This document shows, one piece after another, positions 8,507-17,504 of a stretch of DNA of 64,000 nucleotides. Under the pieces are notes generated by a model. The model searched no databases. It was given only the letters and a program-made list of their open reading frames with translations, and was not told the origin of the DNA. Source of the DNA: a bacterium (GTDB lineage Bacteria > Elusimicrobiota > Elusimicrobia > UBA1565 > UBA9628); assembly GCA_021782205.1 (NCBI GenBank), contig JAJXVH010000010.1:75-64074 (forward strand), in the 5' to 3' direction. Position numbers and translations under genes: made by a program. Every line of letters starts with the position of its first letter. Positions within the stretch are counted from its first letter, which is position 1.

Positions 8507-9517
8507 TTAAGCGGCGGTCTTTGAGCGGACGTATCCGTTGACGGTGAACCAGTCGGCGGCGTCTTTTAATGCGAGGCGCGCGGCGCGCGACTCGTAGCCC
8601 AGTTCGCGCTTGGCTTTTTGCGATGAGAACCACATGTAGTGCCGCGCCATCTTGATGGCGTCGAGGGGGGCCATGGGTTCGACGCCGCGAAGCTTCGCGA
8701 TGGCCGTGTCGACGGCGCCGAAGGCATAGGCCACCGCGTAGGGGGTCTTGAAGCGCGGGGCGGCGCGGCCCGTGACGGCGGCAAGCTCGTCGAGGACGCC
8801 CTTGAGCGTGAGGTTTTCGCCGCCCAGGATGTAGCGTTCGCCGACGCGGCCTTTCGTCGCGGCCAACCAATGGCCCATGGCCACGTCGTCGACGTGGACG
8901 ATGTTCATGCCGGTGTCGATGTATGAGGGCATCTTGCCGTTCAAGAAATCGACGACGATCCTGCCGGTGGGCGTGGGCTTGATGTCGCGCGGGCCGATGG
9001 GCGCGGCGGGATTGACGATGACGACGGGCAGGCCTTCTTCTTTCGCGATCTTGCGGGCGAGGATGTCGGCTAGAAATTTTGATTTTTTGTAGACGCCGAC
9101 GACTTCGTCCACGGAAGAATATTCGCTGGTCTCGTCGACGGGGGTGTGATCGTCGGGCACTTTGATGGCGGCCACCGACGAGCAATGAACGATTTTCTCG
9201 GCGCCGGCTTTCGCGGCGGCGCGAATCATCAGCTCGGTGCCGTCCACGTTGGCGCGGTACATGTCGGCGGGGTTGGGCACCCATATTCGATAATCCGCGG
9301 CGACATGGAAGACGTAACGGCAACCGGCGACGCCTTTCTCGATGGCATCGCGATCCAGAAGGCCGCCTTCGACGATTTCTACGTTTAAGCCTTCGAGGTT
9401 TCGCCGATCGCTCCCTTTTCTGGCGAGGGCCTTAACGGCGATGCCCTTCTGTAAAAGCAGACGGGCGAGACTTGCTCCGACGAAGCCCGTCCCGCCCGTC
9501 AGGAACGCCGAGTCCAC
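8507..9517 (-). CDS. hpnA: hopanoid-associated NAD-dependent sugar epimerase/dehydratase
   Basis: 336 aa with FLTGGTGFVGASLARLLL Rossmann motif and the YKKSK catalytic motif. Its start abuts the hpnH stop. Confidence 0.85.
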   Translation of the reverse strand: MDSAFLTGGTGFVGASLARLLLQKGIAVKALARKGSDRRNLEGLNVEIVEGGLLDRDAIEKGVAGCRYVFHVAADYRIWVPNPADMYRANVDGTELMIRAAAKAGAEKIVHCSSVAAIKVPDDHTPVDETSEYSSVDEVVGVYKKSKFLADILARKIAKEEGLPVVIVNPAAPIGPRDIKPTPTGRIVVDFLNGKMPSYIDTGMNIVHVDDVAMGHWLAATKGRVGERYILGGENLTLKGVLDELAAVTGRAAPRFKTPYAVAYAFGAVDTAIAKLRGVEPMAPLDAIKMARHYMWFSSQKAKRELGYESRAARLALKDAADWFTVNGYVRSKTAA

Positions 9518-10633
9518 TTAGGACTTGGTGCCGGTGAGAGTCTTGGACTCCTCGCGCGCGACCTGCTCTTCGTAGGTGCCGGTGCGGTCGTAAGACGCCT
9601 GGACCTTCTTCGGGGCCTTGATGGAGGCGAAGTCGGCGACCAGCTCGAAGAAGCTGGAGAAGCTGCCGAACGCCTCGGCCACCGACGTGGGCTCGAAGCC
9701 GCAGTGCGTCATGCAGTTCAAGCACTTGGGGTTGCCGGACGCGTGGCCGTATTTGGACCAGTCCGTGGTTTCCAGAAGCTCGTGATACGTCTTCGCGTAG
9801 CCGCCCTCGTTCATCAGGTAGCACGGGCGCTGCCAGCCGAAGACGTTGCGCAGGGGGTTGCCCCACGGCGTGCAGTCGTATTGGCGCTTGCCTTCCAGGA
9901 AGTCCATGTAGAACGGGGAGTGGTTGAACGCCCAGCCCTTCTTGCGCCAGTCCTTGAGCGCCTCTTTAAACCACGCCTTGGACTGCTCCTGCTTGAGGAA
10001 GAGCTGCTGCTCCGGCGCCTTCTCGTAGGCGTAGCCGGGGGAGATCATCATGCCGTCCAGGCCCATGGCCATGTTGTCGTCGAAGAACTGCCGGAACTCC
10101 GCGGCGTCCTCGCCCTGGAAGATGGTGGAGTTCGTCATCACGCAGAAACCGCGATTTTTCGCGGCACGAATGGCCGCAATCGCGGTCTTATAAACGCCCT
10201 TCTGGCAGACCATGCGGTCGTGCGTCTTCTCGACGCCGTCCAAATGCACGGAGAAGATCAGGTAGGGCGAAGGCGTGAACTTGTGCAGGTTTTTTTCAAG
10301 AAGGATGGCGTTCGTGCACAGATAGACGGGCTTCTTGCGCGCGACCATTCCGTTGACGATCTCCGCGATCTCCGGGTGGATCAGAGGCTCGCCGCCGGCG
10401 ATGGAGACCACGGGCGCGCCGCACTCCTCGACGGCGTCGAAGCATTCCTGGGGCGTCATGCGCTTGCGCAGGATGTCGGTGGGATACTGGATCTTGCCGC
10501 AGCCGGCGCATTCCAGGTTGCAGGCGAACAGTGGCTCCAGCATCATCACCAGGGGGTACTTCTCCACGCCCTTCATCTTCTGCGTGACCAGGTATTTGAA
10601 CACCGACAACTGCGCCTGCATCGACATGGCCAT
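9518..10633 (-). CDS. hpnH: adenosyl-hopene transferase (radical SAM)
   Basis: 371 aa with CNLECAGC (CxxxCxxC) and a conserved C-terminal Cys cluster (KCLNCMTHCGFEP). Confidence 0.9.
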   Translation of the reverse strand: MAMSMQAQLSVFKYLVTQKMKGVEKYPLVMMLEPLFACNLECAGCGKIQYPTDILRKRMTPQECFDAVEECGAPVVSIAGGEPLIHPEIAEIVNGMVARKKPVYLCTNAILLEKNLHKFTPSPYLIFSVHLDGVEKTHDRMVCQKGVYKTAIAAIRAAKNRGFCVMTNSTIFQGEDAAEFRQFFDDNMAMGLDGMMISPGYAYEKAPEQQLFLKQEQSKAWFKEALKDWRKKGWAFNHSPFYMDFLEGKRQYDCTPWGNPLRNVFGWQRPCYLMNEGGYAKTYHELLETTDWSKYGHASGNPKCLNCMTHCGFEPTSVAEAFGSFSSFFELVADFASIKAPKKVQASYDRTGTYEEQVAREESKTLTGTKS

Positions 10634-10660
10634 GACGTTCTCCTTGCGGCTCGAAAATTC

Positions 10661-12685
10661 CTACGCGCGCGCGCGGCCCGACAGCAGGGCCTTGCGATAC
10701 GTTCCCAGCGCCTGGAGGGGGAAGTAGTTGCGATACATCGTGTATTCCAGGTAATAGACCTTCGGAAATCCAGTGCCGGTGAACTCCGTCTCATCCCAGG
10801 TGCCGTCCACGCGCTGGGTGGCGGCCAAGTAGGCCACGCCGCGGCGCACGCTCTCGTCGTCGGCTCCGGCGGCGAGCAGGCCCATCAGCGCCCAAGCGGT
10901 CTGCGCGGGCGTGGAGGGGCCGCGGCCCTTGGCGGCGGGATTTTCGTACGTCTCGCACGTCTCGCCCCAGCCGCCGTCGGCGTGCTGGACGGACCGGAGC
11001 CACGCGGCCGCGCGCTGGACGTAGGGCTTGCGCATGTCCTCGCCGATGGCGGCCAGGCCGCGCAGGGACTGCCAGGTGCCGTAGATGTAGTTGACGCCCC
11101 AGCGTCCGTACCAGGAGCCGTCGGTTTCCTGCTCGGCCTTCAGAAACTTGATGGCCTTGTGGACGGGCGCGTAGCTCTCGTCGTAGCCCACGCAACCCAG
11201 CAGTTCCAGCACACGCGCGGTGATGTCCGACGTGGGCGGGTCGATCATCGCGTTGTGGTCGGCGAACGGGATTTTGGTCAGGACGACCTTGGTGTTCTCC
11301 TTGTCGAAGGCCGCCCAGCCGCCGGTCGCCGACTGCATGGAGAGAATCCAGTTGAGGCCGCGCAGGAACGATTTCTCCCGGATTTGCGCGTTCGTGTCTT
11401 CCAGGTGGACGTGGCGCAGGGCCAGCAGGACCATGGCCGTGTCGTCGACATCCGGGTAGAAGACGTTGTTGAATTGAAAATGCCAGCCGCCGGTGGGGCC
11501 GTGCGGGTTGGTGACGGCCCAGTCGCCGCGGACCTTGATCTCCTTGGAGATCGTCCACTGGCAGGCCTGCACCAGCGCTGGATGCGCGCGGTCCAGGCCC
11601 GACTCCGCCAGCGCGATCATGGTGATGGCCGTGTCCCAGACCGGCGAGCGCGAGGGCTGATAGCGCGTGGAGTCCGTGCCCGGGTGCTCCAGGCGGTCGA
11701 GCTCCTGCAGAAGAGAGACCAGCCGAGGGTCCGTGTCCGGGTAGCCCAGGCACTTCATGGCCATGATCGCGTTGACGATGGGCGGATAGATGGCGCCGGG
11801 GCCGTCGGAGTCCTGCAGGCGCTCCAGGATCCAATCCTCCGCCAGGCGCAGGGCCCAGACGCGAATCCAATGGCCGCCGCGGCCTTCCATGCCCTTTAAG
11901 AAAGAGTCCCACATCAGGAAGAACGTGGTCCAGGAGACCAGGCGGTGCGGACCCACGGCCTCGGAGAGAGGGACGTGGCGGCGCGTGTCCGGGAACAATT
12001 CGTCGATGGTGGCGTGCGCGGGACACGGCACCGCGGGCTGGAACGCCCAGACGATGGACAGCGGCACCACGATGGGCCGCGTCCAGGCCGACATCTCATA
12101 GAGGTTGAAGTAGAACCACTTTGGGAACAGCATGATCTCCGGGGGGATGGAGGGCACGCCGCGCCAGTCGTATTGGCCGAACAAGGCGAGGTAGAACTTG
12201 GTGTAGGAGTTGACCTTGTGGATGCCGCCCAGCGCCTTGATGCGCTTGCGCGCGGACTCCAGGCACGGCTCCTGCGGCGAGTGGCCGGCGAACTTCAGGG
12301 CCCAGTAGGCCTTGACCGTCGCGGAGATTTCCGAGGGGCCGTTGTCGTAGATGGGCCAGCCGCCGTCCGGGTTCTGCTTGTTGAGGAGGTGGTTGGCGAT
12401 GCGCCGGACCTTGATCGAATTTCCCCGGCCGAGGAAATTCAGCAGCATGATCGTGTCCGAGTCGATGGTGGTGTCGCCGAAGATCGGGCCGCACCAGTAG
12501 CCTTCCTCGGGATTCTGCTGGCGCAGGAGCGCCTCCTGCGAGCGGCGGATGGTCTGGGTTAGAGCTTCCGGCAGGGGGCCTTCGGCGGCCGCGGGGGCGT
12601 CCGGGCGGACGTGATCGGCCCAGTCCTGGGGTTTTCTGTAGCGGCGGCCTTCGGCCAGCCAGCCTGAGACCAGGTTTTTGAGCAT
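10661..12685 (-). CDS. shc: squalene-hopene cyclase
   Basis: Contains the DVDDTA catalytic motif (FYPDVDDTAMVLLAL) and multiple QW repeats (DGGW, GGWG). Start moved to ATG 12685 (MLKNLVSGWL) because TGgTATAAT sits 7 nt upstream. The track start (GTG 12712) would lie upstream of that -10. Confidence 0.93.
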   Translation of the reverse strand: MLKNLVSGWLAEGRRYRKPQDWADHVRPDAPAAAEGPLPEALTQTIRRSQEALLRQQNPEEGYWCGPIFGDTTIDSDTIMLLNFLGRGNSIKVRRIANHLLNKQNPDGGWPIYDNGPSEISATVKAYWALKFAGHSPQEPCLESARKRIKALGGIHKVNSYTKFYLALFGQYDWRGVPSIPPEIMLFPKWFYFNLYEMSAWTRPIVVPLSIVWAFQPAVPCPAHATIDELFPDTRRHVPLSEAVGPHRLVSWTTFFLMWDSFLKGMEGRGGHWIRVWALRLAEDWILERLQDSDGPGAIYPPIVNAIMAMKCLGYPDTDPRLVSLLQELDRLEHPGTDSTRYQPSRSPVWDTAITMIALAESGLDRAHPALVQACQWTISKEIKVRGDWAVTNPHGPTGGWHFQFNNVFYPDVDDTAMVLLALRHVHLEDTNAQIREKSFLRGLNWILSMQSATGGWAAFDKENTKVVLTKIPFADHNAMIDPPTSDITARVLELLGCVGYDESYAPVHKAIKFLKAEQETDGSWYGRWGVNYIYGTWQSLRGLAAIGEDMRKPYVQRAAAWLRSVQHADGGWGETCETYENPAAKGRGPSTPAQTAWALMGLLAAGADDESVRRGVAYLAATQRVDGTWDETEFTGTGFPKVYYLEYTMYRNYFPLQALGTYRKALLSGRARA

Positions 12686-12726
12686 GGGGGAGATTATACC
12701 ACGCCGGAGCACTCCCGCCGACGTGG

Positions 12727-12764
12727 AAAAAGCGCCCCGCGCGGGCAGGGACCGCGCGGGGCGT
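12727..12764 (-). terminator. rho-independent terminator of the 12779-13663 gene
   Basis: Perfect 12-bp GC stem (cgccccgcgcgg / ccgcgcggggcg) with a 7-nt loop. On the minus strand it is followed by TTTTT. Lies 15 nt after the stop. Confidence 0.8.
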
Positions 12765-12778
12765 TTAAGACGGAGGCG

Positions 12779-13663
12779 TCAGCGCGCGAAGGCCAGCGCC
12801 CCAGGGGCGTAGGAGACCTGCGCGGTCTTCAGCTCAGGTGTGAATTCCGCCGAGGAGACCGAGCCGACACGCTCGACCGAGTACTCCACGTAGTAGCGGC
12901 TGCCGGCCGCGGGCTTCTGGGAGAACTGGGCGGCGTAGCGGTTGAGGTCCACGTCGTAGGACGCGGCCACGGGGAGGGTGACCGACGTCTCAATCAAAGA
13001 CTCGTCGGGCCAGAAGTCGACGTGCTTCTTGAGCTCGACCTTGACGACGGTCTGTTCGCCCTTGTAATACGTGGACCACTTGTCGGTCAGCTGGAGATGA
13101 AGCTGGGCGTTCAGTTGGCCGGTCACGCCCACGGGATCCGGCGCCTCCGGCGTGCGCGCACCGGCGGAGACCACCACGCCGCCGGTGTCGTAGCCGTCGG
13201 AGACGACCTTGAACGAGTAGGCGGCCTGCACCGGGTCGGTGGTCAGCCACGGGCCCTGCAGGCAGACACGGAACACGTTCTGCTCCCAGGGGAGCAACGG
13301 CTGAGGATTGGAGATGGTCACGGTCACCTGCTGGCTCCAGGAGTTGCCGGGCACGTCCCAGCACTGCTGGCTTCCGTAGGGTGGAGCGCCCACGTATTGG
13401 CACTGCGTGTCCCATTCCTGACTTTTCAGCCAGACGCCGTTGGACGTCGGCTTGTCGCCGGCGTGGAAGACGATGTTCGTGCAGGACATGTCGTAGCGCA
13501 TGCCCATCATCGACTGGGTCTTGGTCGTGTCTTTCGCGGCGGCCATCTTCGCTTGGGACGCCAGGGCGGAAACGTCCACACCTTGGTCGAAGGACGCGTC
13601 TGGTGCTGAGAACGCGGGGGCGGCGGCGAGGAGGAGGACGGCGAGGGTCGGCGTTAGGGTCAT
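12779..13663 (-). CDS. secreted hypothetical protein (Cys-containing, beta-rich)
   Basis: 294 aa with signal peptide (LLLAAAPAFSAP), GGAGG 7 nt upstream and its own terminator. I recognise no family. Confidence 0.6.
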   Translation of the reverse strand: MTLTPTLAVLLLAAAPAFSAPDASFDQGVDVSALASQAKMAAAKDTTKTQSMMGMRYDMSCTNIVFHAGDKPTSNGVWLKSQEWDTQCQYVGAPPYGSQQCWDVPGNSWSQQVTVTISNPQPLLPWEQNVFRVCLQGPWLTTDPVQAAYSFKVVSDGYDTGGVVVSAGARTPEAPDPVGVTGQLNAQLHLQLTDKWSTYYKGEQTVVKVELKKHVDFWPDESLIETSVTLPVAASYDVDLNRYAAQFSQKPAAGSRYYVEYSVERVGSVSSAEFTPELKTAQVSYAPGALAFAR

Positions 13664-13734
13664 CGGGAGCCTCCGGGGCTGGGATTACGAAGATGATACC
13701 CGAAAGGCCTAGCCGATGTCTAGGACTTTGCGTC

Positions 13735-13899
13735 TTACGGCTTGGAGGCTTCCACGGATTTGCTGCGTTGGGCCCGTCCCTGTATTCGGCGTCCCTGAGC
13801 GAGTCCGAACCAGGTGATGAAGAACGAGAGCACGCCGGCGATCGCCAGGAGCAGGCCCCACAGCGGCACCCCCACCGACGCGCCGGAATCTCGGACCAT
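13735..13899 (-). CDS. possible 54-aa single-pass membrane micro-protein
   Basis: Below the track cutoff. My translation is MVRDSGASVGVPLWGLLLAIAGVLSFFITWFGLAQGRRIQGRAQRSKSVEASKP, one hydrophobic helix plus a basic tail with G/C-rich third positions. No SD or -10 seen. Confidence 0.3.
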   Translation of the reverse strand: MVRDSGASVGVPLWGLLLAIAGVLSFFITWFGLAQGRRIQGRAQRSKSVEASKP

Positions 13900-13961
13900 G
13901 ATCGCCGCGCCCCGCGCGGTTCTTCGCGGCGGTTTTGAGAGAAAATATGTATGATCGCGCC

Positions 13962-14618
13962 ATGCGCACGCTTACGATGGCTTTTATGCTGACCGTGGCG
14001 CCGTGTTTGGCGCAGACCTCCGCGCCCTACGGCCTTGCGGGCTCCTATCACGCCGCGCTGGAGCTGGTGGACGGAGCCTTCGCGACGATGAGCGGCGGAC
14101 TGTTTTTTCCGGATGAAGCTTCCGAGGGCCCGGCTCCGGAGAACATCGACGCGGCGCCGCACGGCTTTCATCTGGTGTCTCCCGGTCTTTACCGTTCGGC
14201 TCAGCCGTCGCTGGAGAACATCGGCTGGCTGAGCGGCTTCGGCATGGCGACCTTGCTGGACCTGCGCGACCCGATCACCGCGGCGCTGGAGCGCCGCGCG
14301 GCCGCGCGCGCGGGCATCGGCGTGGAGAGCGTGCCGATGAGCGGCGCGTGGGCGCCGACGTTCGGAGAATTGGACCGCGCGCTGGCGGTGCTGACGGACC
14401 CGGCCACGCCGCGGCCCATCTTGGTCCATTGCCTCCACGGCCAGGACCGCACCGGCGTGGTGATCGCGGCCTACCGCGTGATCGTCGAGGGCGTCTCTCC
14501 GACGCAGGCCGCCGCAGAGGCCCAGGGGTTCGGCTGCTGCCATCTTGTCACGCGGGATCTGCGCGGATTGTTGGAGCGCTACCGCCGCCATGTGCGGCGT
14601 CAGTTCCGCCGCTATTGA
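13962..14618 (+). CDS. secreted Cys-based protein tyrosine/dual-specificity phosphatase family protein
   Basis: HCX5R(T) P-loop VHCLHGQDRTG. Signal peptide MRTLTMAFMLTVAPCLAQ. Start ATG 13962 is preceded by TATGAT plus 6 nt. Confidence 0.75.
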   Translation: MRTLTMAFMLTVAPCLAQTSAPYGLAGSYHAALELVDGAFATMSGGLFFPDEASEGPAPENIDAAPHGFHLVSPGLYRSAQPSLENIGWLSGFGMATLLDLRDPITAALERRAAARAGIGVESVPMSGAWAPTFGELDRALAVLTDPATPRPILVHCLHGQDRTGVVIAAYRVIVEGVSPTQAAAEAQGFGCCHLVTRDLRGLLERYRRHVRRQFRRY

Positions 14619-14838
14619 TCGGTCGCGCGCGAAGCGTTTGGCCGGGAACGCGGCGGATTGACCGCCGCATGGCATCGCTTGCGCGGCGGACGGAGGAATC
14701 ACGGCCTCGCCGCCGTCGCCGCTCGACACCGCGTCCAACCGCTTCGCGCCGGCGCGGCGCTTTAATTGTCCCGCTCAAATTGTCGCGTTTGTGTCAGGTG
14801 TGCGGGCGCTCGCACACCCTCACGAAGCCGTATCCGTT

Positions 14839-15705
14839 TCAGCGCGAAGAGTTCAACTCTGACCGTGCCGAGCGCAGCATCGCGACCGCGGTATAAAGCA
14901 CCACGACGATCACCAGCCAGCGCACCGCCGTCAGCGGCAGGGACTTGACCACGTAGGCGGCCAGCAGGACCGCCGGCGCGCCGCCCACGGTCAGGCCCAG
15001 CGCCGGACCCGGCGCGTAGCGCTTCTGGCGGATGAAGCGGATGGAGGCGGCCGGCATCAGGAACGCGCAGGAACCCATCATGATGGGAAAGGCCGTCGTC
15101 GGGTTCATCCCCAGCAGGCTGGTCAGGATCATGCACGGCGCGTAGGCGCCGATGCCCAAGGTCATCAACGCGCCGAAGATGAAGTTGAAGGCCAGGCCGA
15201 CGGCAAGCTTCGCGCCGCTCAGACCCAGCGCGGCTCCGCCGCCGGGAAACAGCCCCAGGTTCTTCATGACGAAGAAGCCCGCGGCCGCGATCAGAGCCAC
15301 GCCCATGCCCCACTGTATGCGGCGCCGCGGCCAGCGGCTGACGGTGCCGGCACCCAGCCACGCGCCCACCACCGACGCGGTGATCATCAGCACCAGCGTG
15401 CGGCCCTCCACGGCCACGATCGCGATGAAGATGAAGGCTTCCAAAAAAGTGGGAATCGCGTGGCCGACGTTGAGCGTGCCGGGGATGTCTTCGTCGGGCA
15501 CGAGACGCAGGAGTTTATAAAGAGCCGTGGTGACCGCGAAGGAACCGATGCCCAAAGTGTCCAGGAAATCGGTCAAGAAGCCCACGCCGAGTTCCGCGGC
15601 GCTGGGCCGGCGCGCGCCTTCGGTGCGCAGGCGGACCAGCCACAAGACGGTGAACGCCGCGGAGAGGACTCCCAGCGCCGCCAGAAGTGCTGTGCGCGCG
15701 GTCAT
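14839..15705 (-). CDS. TauE/SafE (TSUP) family anion exporter-like permease
   Basis: 288 aa polytopic membrane protein with two Gly-rich repeat halves (LGIGSF..., LGIGAYAP...). Confidence 0.8.
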   Translation of the reverse strand: MTARTALLAALGVLSAAFTVLWLVRLRTEGARRPSAAELGVGFLTDFLDTLGIGSFAVTTALYKLLRLVPDEDIPGTLNVGHAIPTFLEAFIFIAIVAVEGRTLVLMITASVVGAWLGAGTVSRWPRRRIQWGMGVALIAAAGFFVMKNLGLFPGGGAALGLSGAKLAVGLAFNFIFGALMTLGIGAYAPCMILTSLLGMNPTTAFPIMMGSCAFLMPAASIRFIRQKRYAPGPALGLTVGGAPAVLLAAYVVKSLPLTAVRWLVIVVVLYTAVAMLRSARSELNSSR

Positions 15706-15708
15706 GCG

Positions 15709-17205
15709 CTAGGAGCGCGCGGCGGCGCGGCGCTTGGCCAGCACGCTGTGATGGCGTCCGTAGGAGAAATAGATGGCGAAGCCGATGCCCAGCCAGATGA
15801 TCAGCCGCCACCAGTTCTCGACCGGCAAGGAGAACATCAGCAGGAGGCAGAAGCCGATGCCAAGCATGGGCACCAGCGGCACCATCGGACAGCGGAAAGG
15901 CCGGTCCGCCTCGGGGTTGGTCTTGCGCATGATCAGCACGGCCCCGCAGACGATGACGAAGGCCAGCAAGGTGCCGATGTTGACCAGTTCCGCGAGTATG
16001 CGCAGGGGCACGAAGGCGGCCATCGTGGCCACGATGATGGCGGTGAGAATGGTGGACTTGTAGGGCGTGCGGAACTTCGGGTGCACGGCACCGAAGAAGC
16101 TTTCCGGTACCAGCCCGTCGCGCGCCATGGCCAGGAACACCCGCGGCTGGCTGAGCATCATGACGAGCAGGACCGAGGTGATGCCCGCGATCGCGCCCAG
16201 GGAGATCAAGAACTGCGCCCAGGGCAGGCCCACTTGGCGGAAGGCGTCGGACACTGGGGAGTCGATGCTGAGTTTCCCGTAGGGGACCATGCCGGTCAGG
16301 ACCGCGGTGACCAATATATAAAGGATAGTGCACACGATCAGCGAGGTGATGATGCCGATGGGCAGGTCCTTCTGCGGGTTGATCGCCTCCTCGGCGTGGG
16401 TGGAGATGGAGTCGAAGCCGATGTAGGCGAAGAAGATCATCGCCGCCCCCGCGAAGACGCCCAGCGGCTCCCCGTTGGCGCCGGTCTGGCCCATCAAGGT
16501 CCTGCCGAAGAAGCTGACGCCGGTGTAGCCGAACGGGGCGAACGGGTGCCAGTTGGCGGGCTTGACGTAGAACGCGCCCACCACGATGACGAAGAGCACG
16601 ATGGTCACCTTCGTGATCACCATGGTCGTGTTGAACGTGGCGCTCTCTTGAATGCCGATGACGAGGATGGTCGCGACGATGGCGGTGATGACGATGGCGG
16701 GCAGGTCGAACCAGGTGCCGGTGGCGGCCAGGTGGCCGACGGCGTTGAAGTCGAAGGGCGCGTTGGAGAGCACTCGGGGGATGTGCAGTCCGAACACGCT
16801 GATGAAGTCCTGGAAGTAGTGCGACCAGCCGTGGGCGACGGCGGAGGAGGCGACGGTGTACTCCAGGATCAAATCCCAGCCGATGATCCAGGCGAAGAGC
16901 TCGCCCAGAGTGGCGTAGGCGTAGGTGTAGGCCGAGCCCGCGATGGGCACCATGGAGGCGAACTCCGAATAGCAAAGTGCCGCGAAGATGCAGGCCACGC
17001 CGGCCAGCACGAAGGAAAGGATCAGCGCGGGGCCGGCCTTGTCGTGCGCGGCCACGCCGGTCAGCACGAAGATGCCGGTGCCGATGATGGCACCCACGCC
17101 CAGGCTGGTCAGATGGAGCGGCCCCAGCACGCGGTGCAGTCGATTTTCGCCCTTCATTTCTTCCAGCAGAAGACTGAGGGGTTTGGTCTCGAACAGGTGC
17201 TTCAT
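15709..17205 (-). CDS. APC-family (cationic) amino acid permease
   Basis: Start moved to MKHLFETKPL (ATG 17205, GGAGG 8 nt upstream). SLGVGAIIGTGIFVLTG is the signature of APC/CAT transporters. A TATAAT at 17257-17252 would give a UTR of about 45 nt. Confidence 0.9.
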   Translation of the reverse strand: MKHLFETKPLSLLLEEMKGENRLHRVLGPLHLTSLGVGAIIGTGIFVLTGVAAHDKAGPALILSFVLAGVACIFAALCYSEFASMVPIAGSAYTYAYATLGELFAWIIGWDLILEYTVASSAVAHGWSHYFQDFISVFGLHIPRVLSNAPFDFNAVGHLAATGTWFDLPAIVITAIVATILVIGIQESATFNTTMVITKVTIVLFVIVVGAFYVKPANWHPFAPFGYTGVSFFGRTLMGQTGANGEPLGVFAGAAMIFFAYIGFDSISTHAEEAINPQKDLPIGIITSLIVCTILYILVTAVLTGMVPYGKLSIDSPVSDAFRQVGLPWAQFLISLGAIAGITSVLLVMMLSQPRVFLAMARDGLVPESFFGAVHPKFRTPYKSTILTAIIVATMAAFVPLRILAELVNIGTLLAFVIVCGAVLIMRKTNPEADRPFRCPMVPLVPMLGIGFCLLLMFSLPVENWWRLIIWLGIGFAIYFSYGRHHSVLAKRRAAARS

Positions 17206-17440
17206 CGGCGGCGTGCCTCCGGTGTCATCGGGATCGGGCGTCGATCCTACCATTATATCGTCCGTTTGGTCGGACCGATGTTCTCGATCAGGAGGTCTTT
17301 GGTCCTATGACTGTTTGGGGCGATCGCCTCAGGCGCGCATCCACGGTGCCGACTACACTTCGGTCGTAGTTGAAATGAATACTCTGTAGCCTGGGGGATC
17401 GGCCCCGGGGCATCCACGATCCGGCCGCAACCGGGTGAGA

Positions 17441-17491
17441 CCAGAGACTTGAAGGCGCACGCGCGCCCGAGTCGCTGGTTTTTTTATTTTT
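17441..17491 (+). terminator. strong intrinsic terminator / attenuator hairpin 14 nt upstream of the lipoprotein gene
   Basis: Two-tier hairpin: ccagagact...agtcgctgg (9 bp, 1 mismatch) enclosing ggcgc-acgc-gcgcc. It is followed by TTTTTTTATTTTT. No plus-strand gene lies upstream. Confidence 0.7.
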
Positions 17492-17504
17492 CGTGGGGAG
17501 ACTC

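Noticed and set aside
9704-11899. 731-aa plus-strand ORF
   Set aside because: It is an antisense shadow of hpnH and shc, with no motifs and a G/D/R/A-rich composition.
12686-12712. GTG 12712 as the shc start
   Set aside because: A TGgTATAAT extended -10 lies inside this extension, 7 nt upstream of ATG 12685. Starting at 12712 would put the promoter within the ORF. Cyclase function does not need the 9 extra residues. This remains unproven without TSS data.
12990-14738. 582-aa minus-strand ORF spanning three loci
   Set aside because: It runs through the secreted-protein gene out of frame, through an intergenic region, and antisense to the phosphatase. Its Arg/Pro/Ala-rich sequence has no family features.
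14741-14820. Hairpins between the phosphatase and TauE genes (GCGCCG-gcg-CGGCGC+TTTAATT at 14746-14767; GGTGTGCG-ggcgct-CGCACACC at 14797-14818)
   Set aside because: These are plausible terminators for the convergent genes. The first has a 3-nt loop and a weak U-tract. The second lacks a U-tract on either strand. They are noted but not annotated.
15460-17310. 616-aa plus-strand ORF and the 486-aa ORF at 15515-16975 (-)
   Set aside because: These are antisense or out-of-frame shadows of the APC permease. The permease frame has clear TM periodicity and family motifs.
17258-17440. Assignment of the leader to a known riboswitch class
   Set aside because: I looked by eye for the TPP (CUGAGA...ACCUGAUCUGGAUAAUGC), cobalamin B12-box, c-di-GMP GEMM, fluoride and SAM core sequences on both strands and found none. 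It is reported only as an unclassified structured leader.
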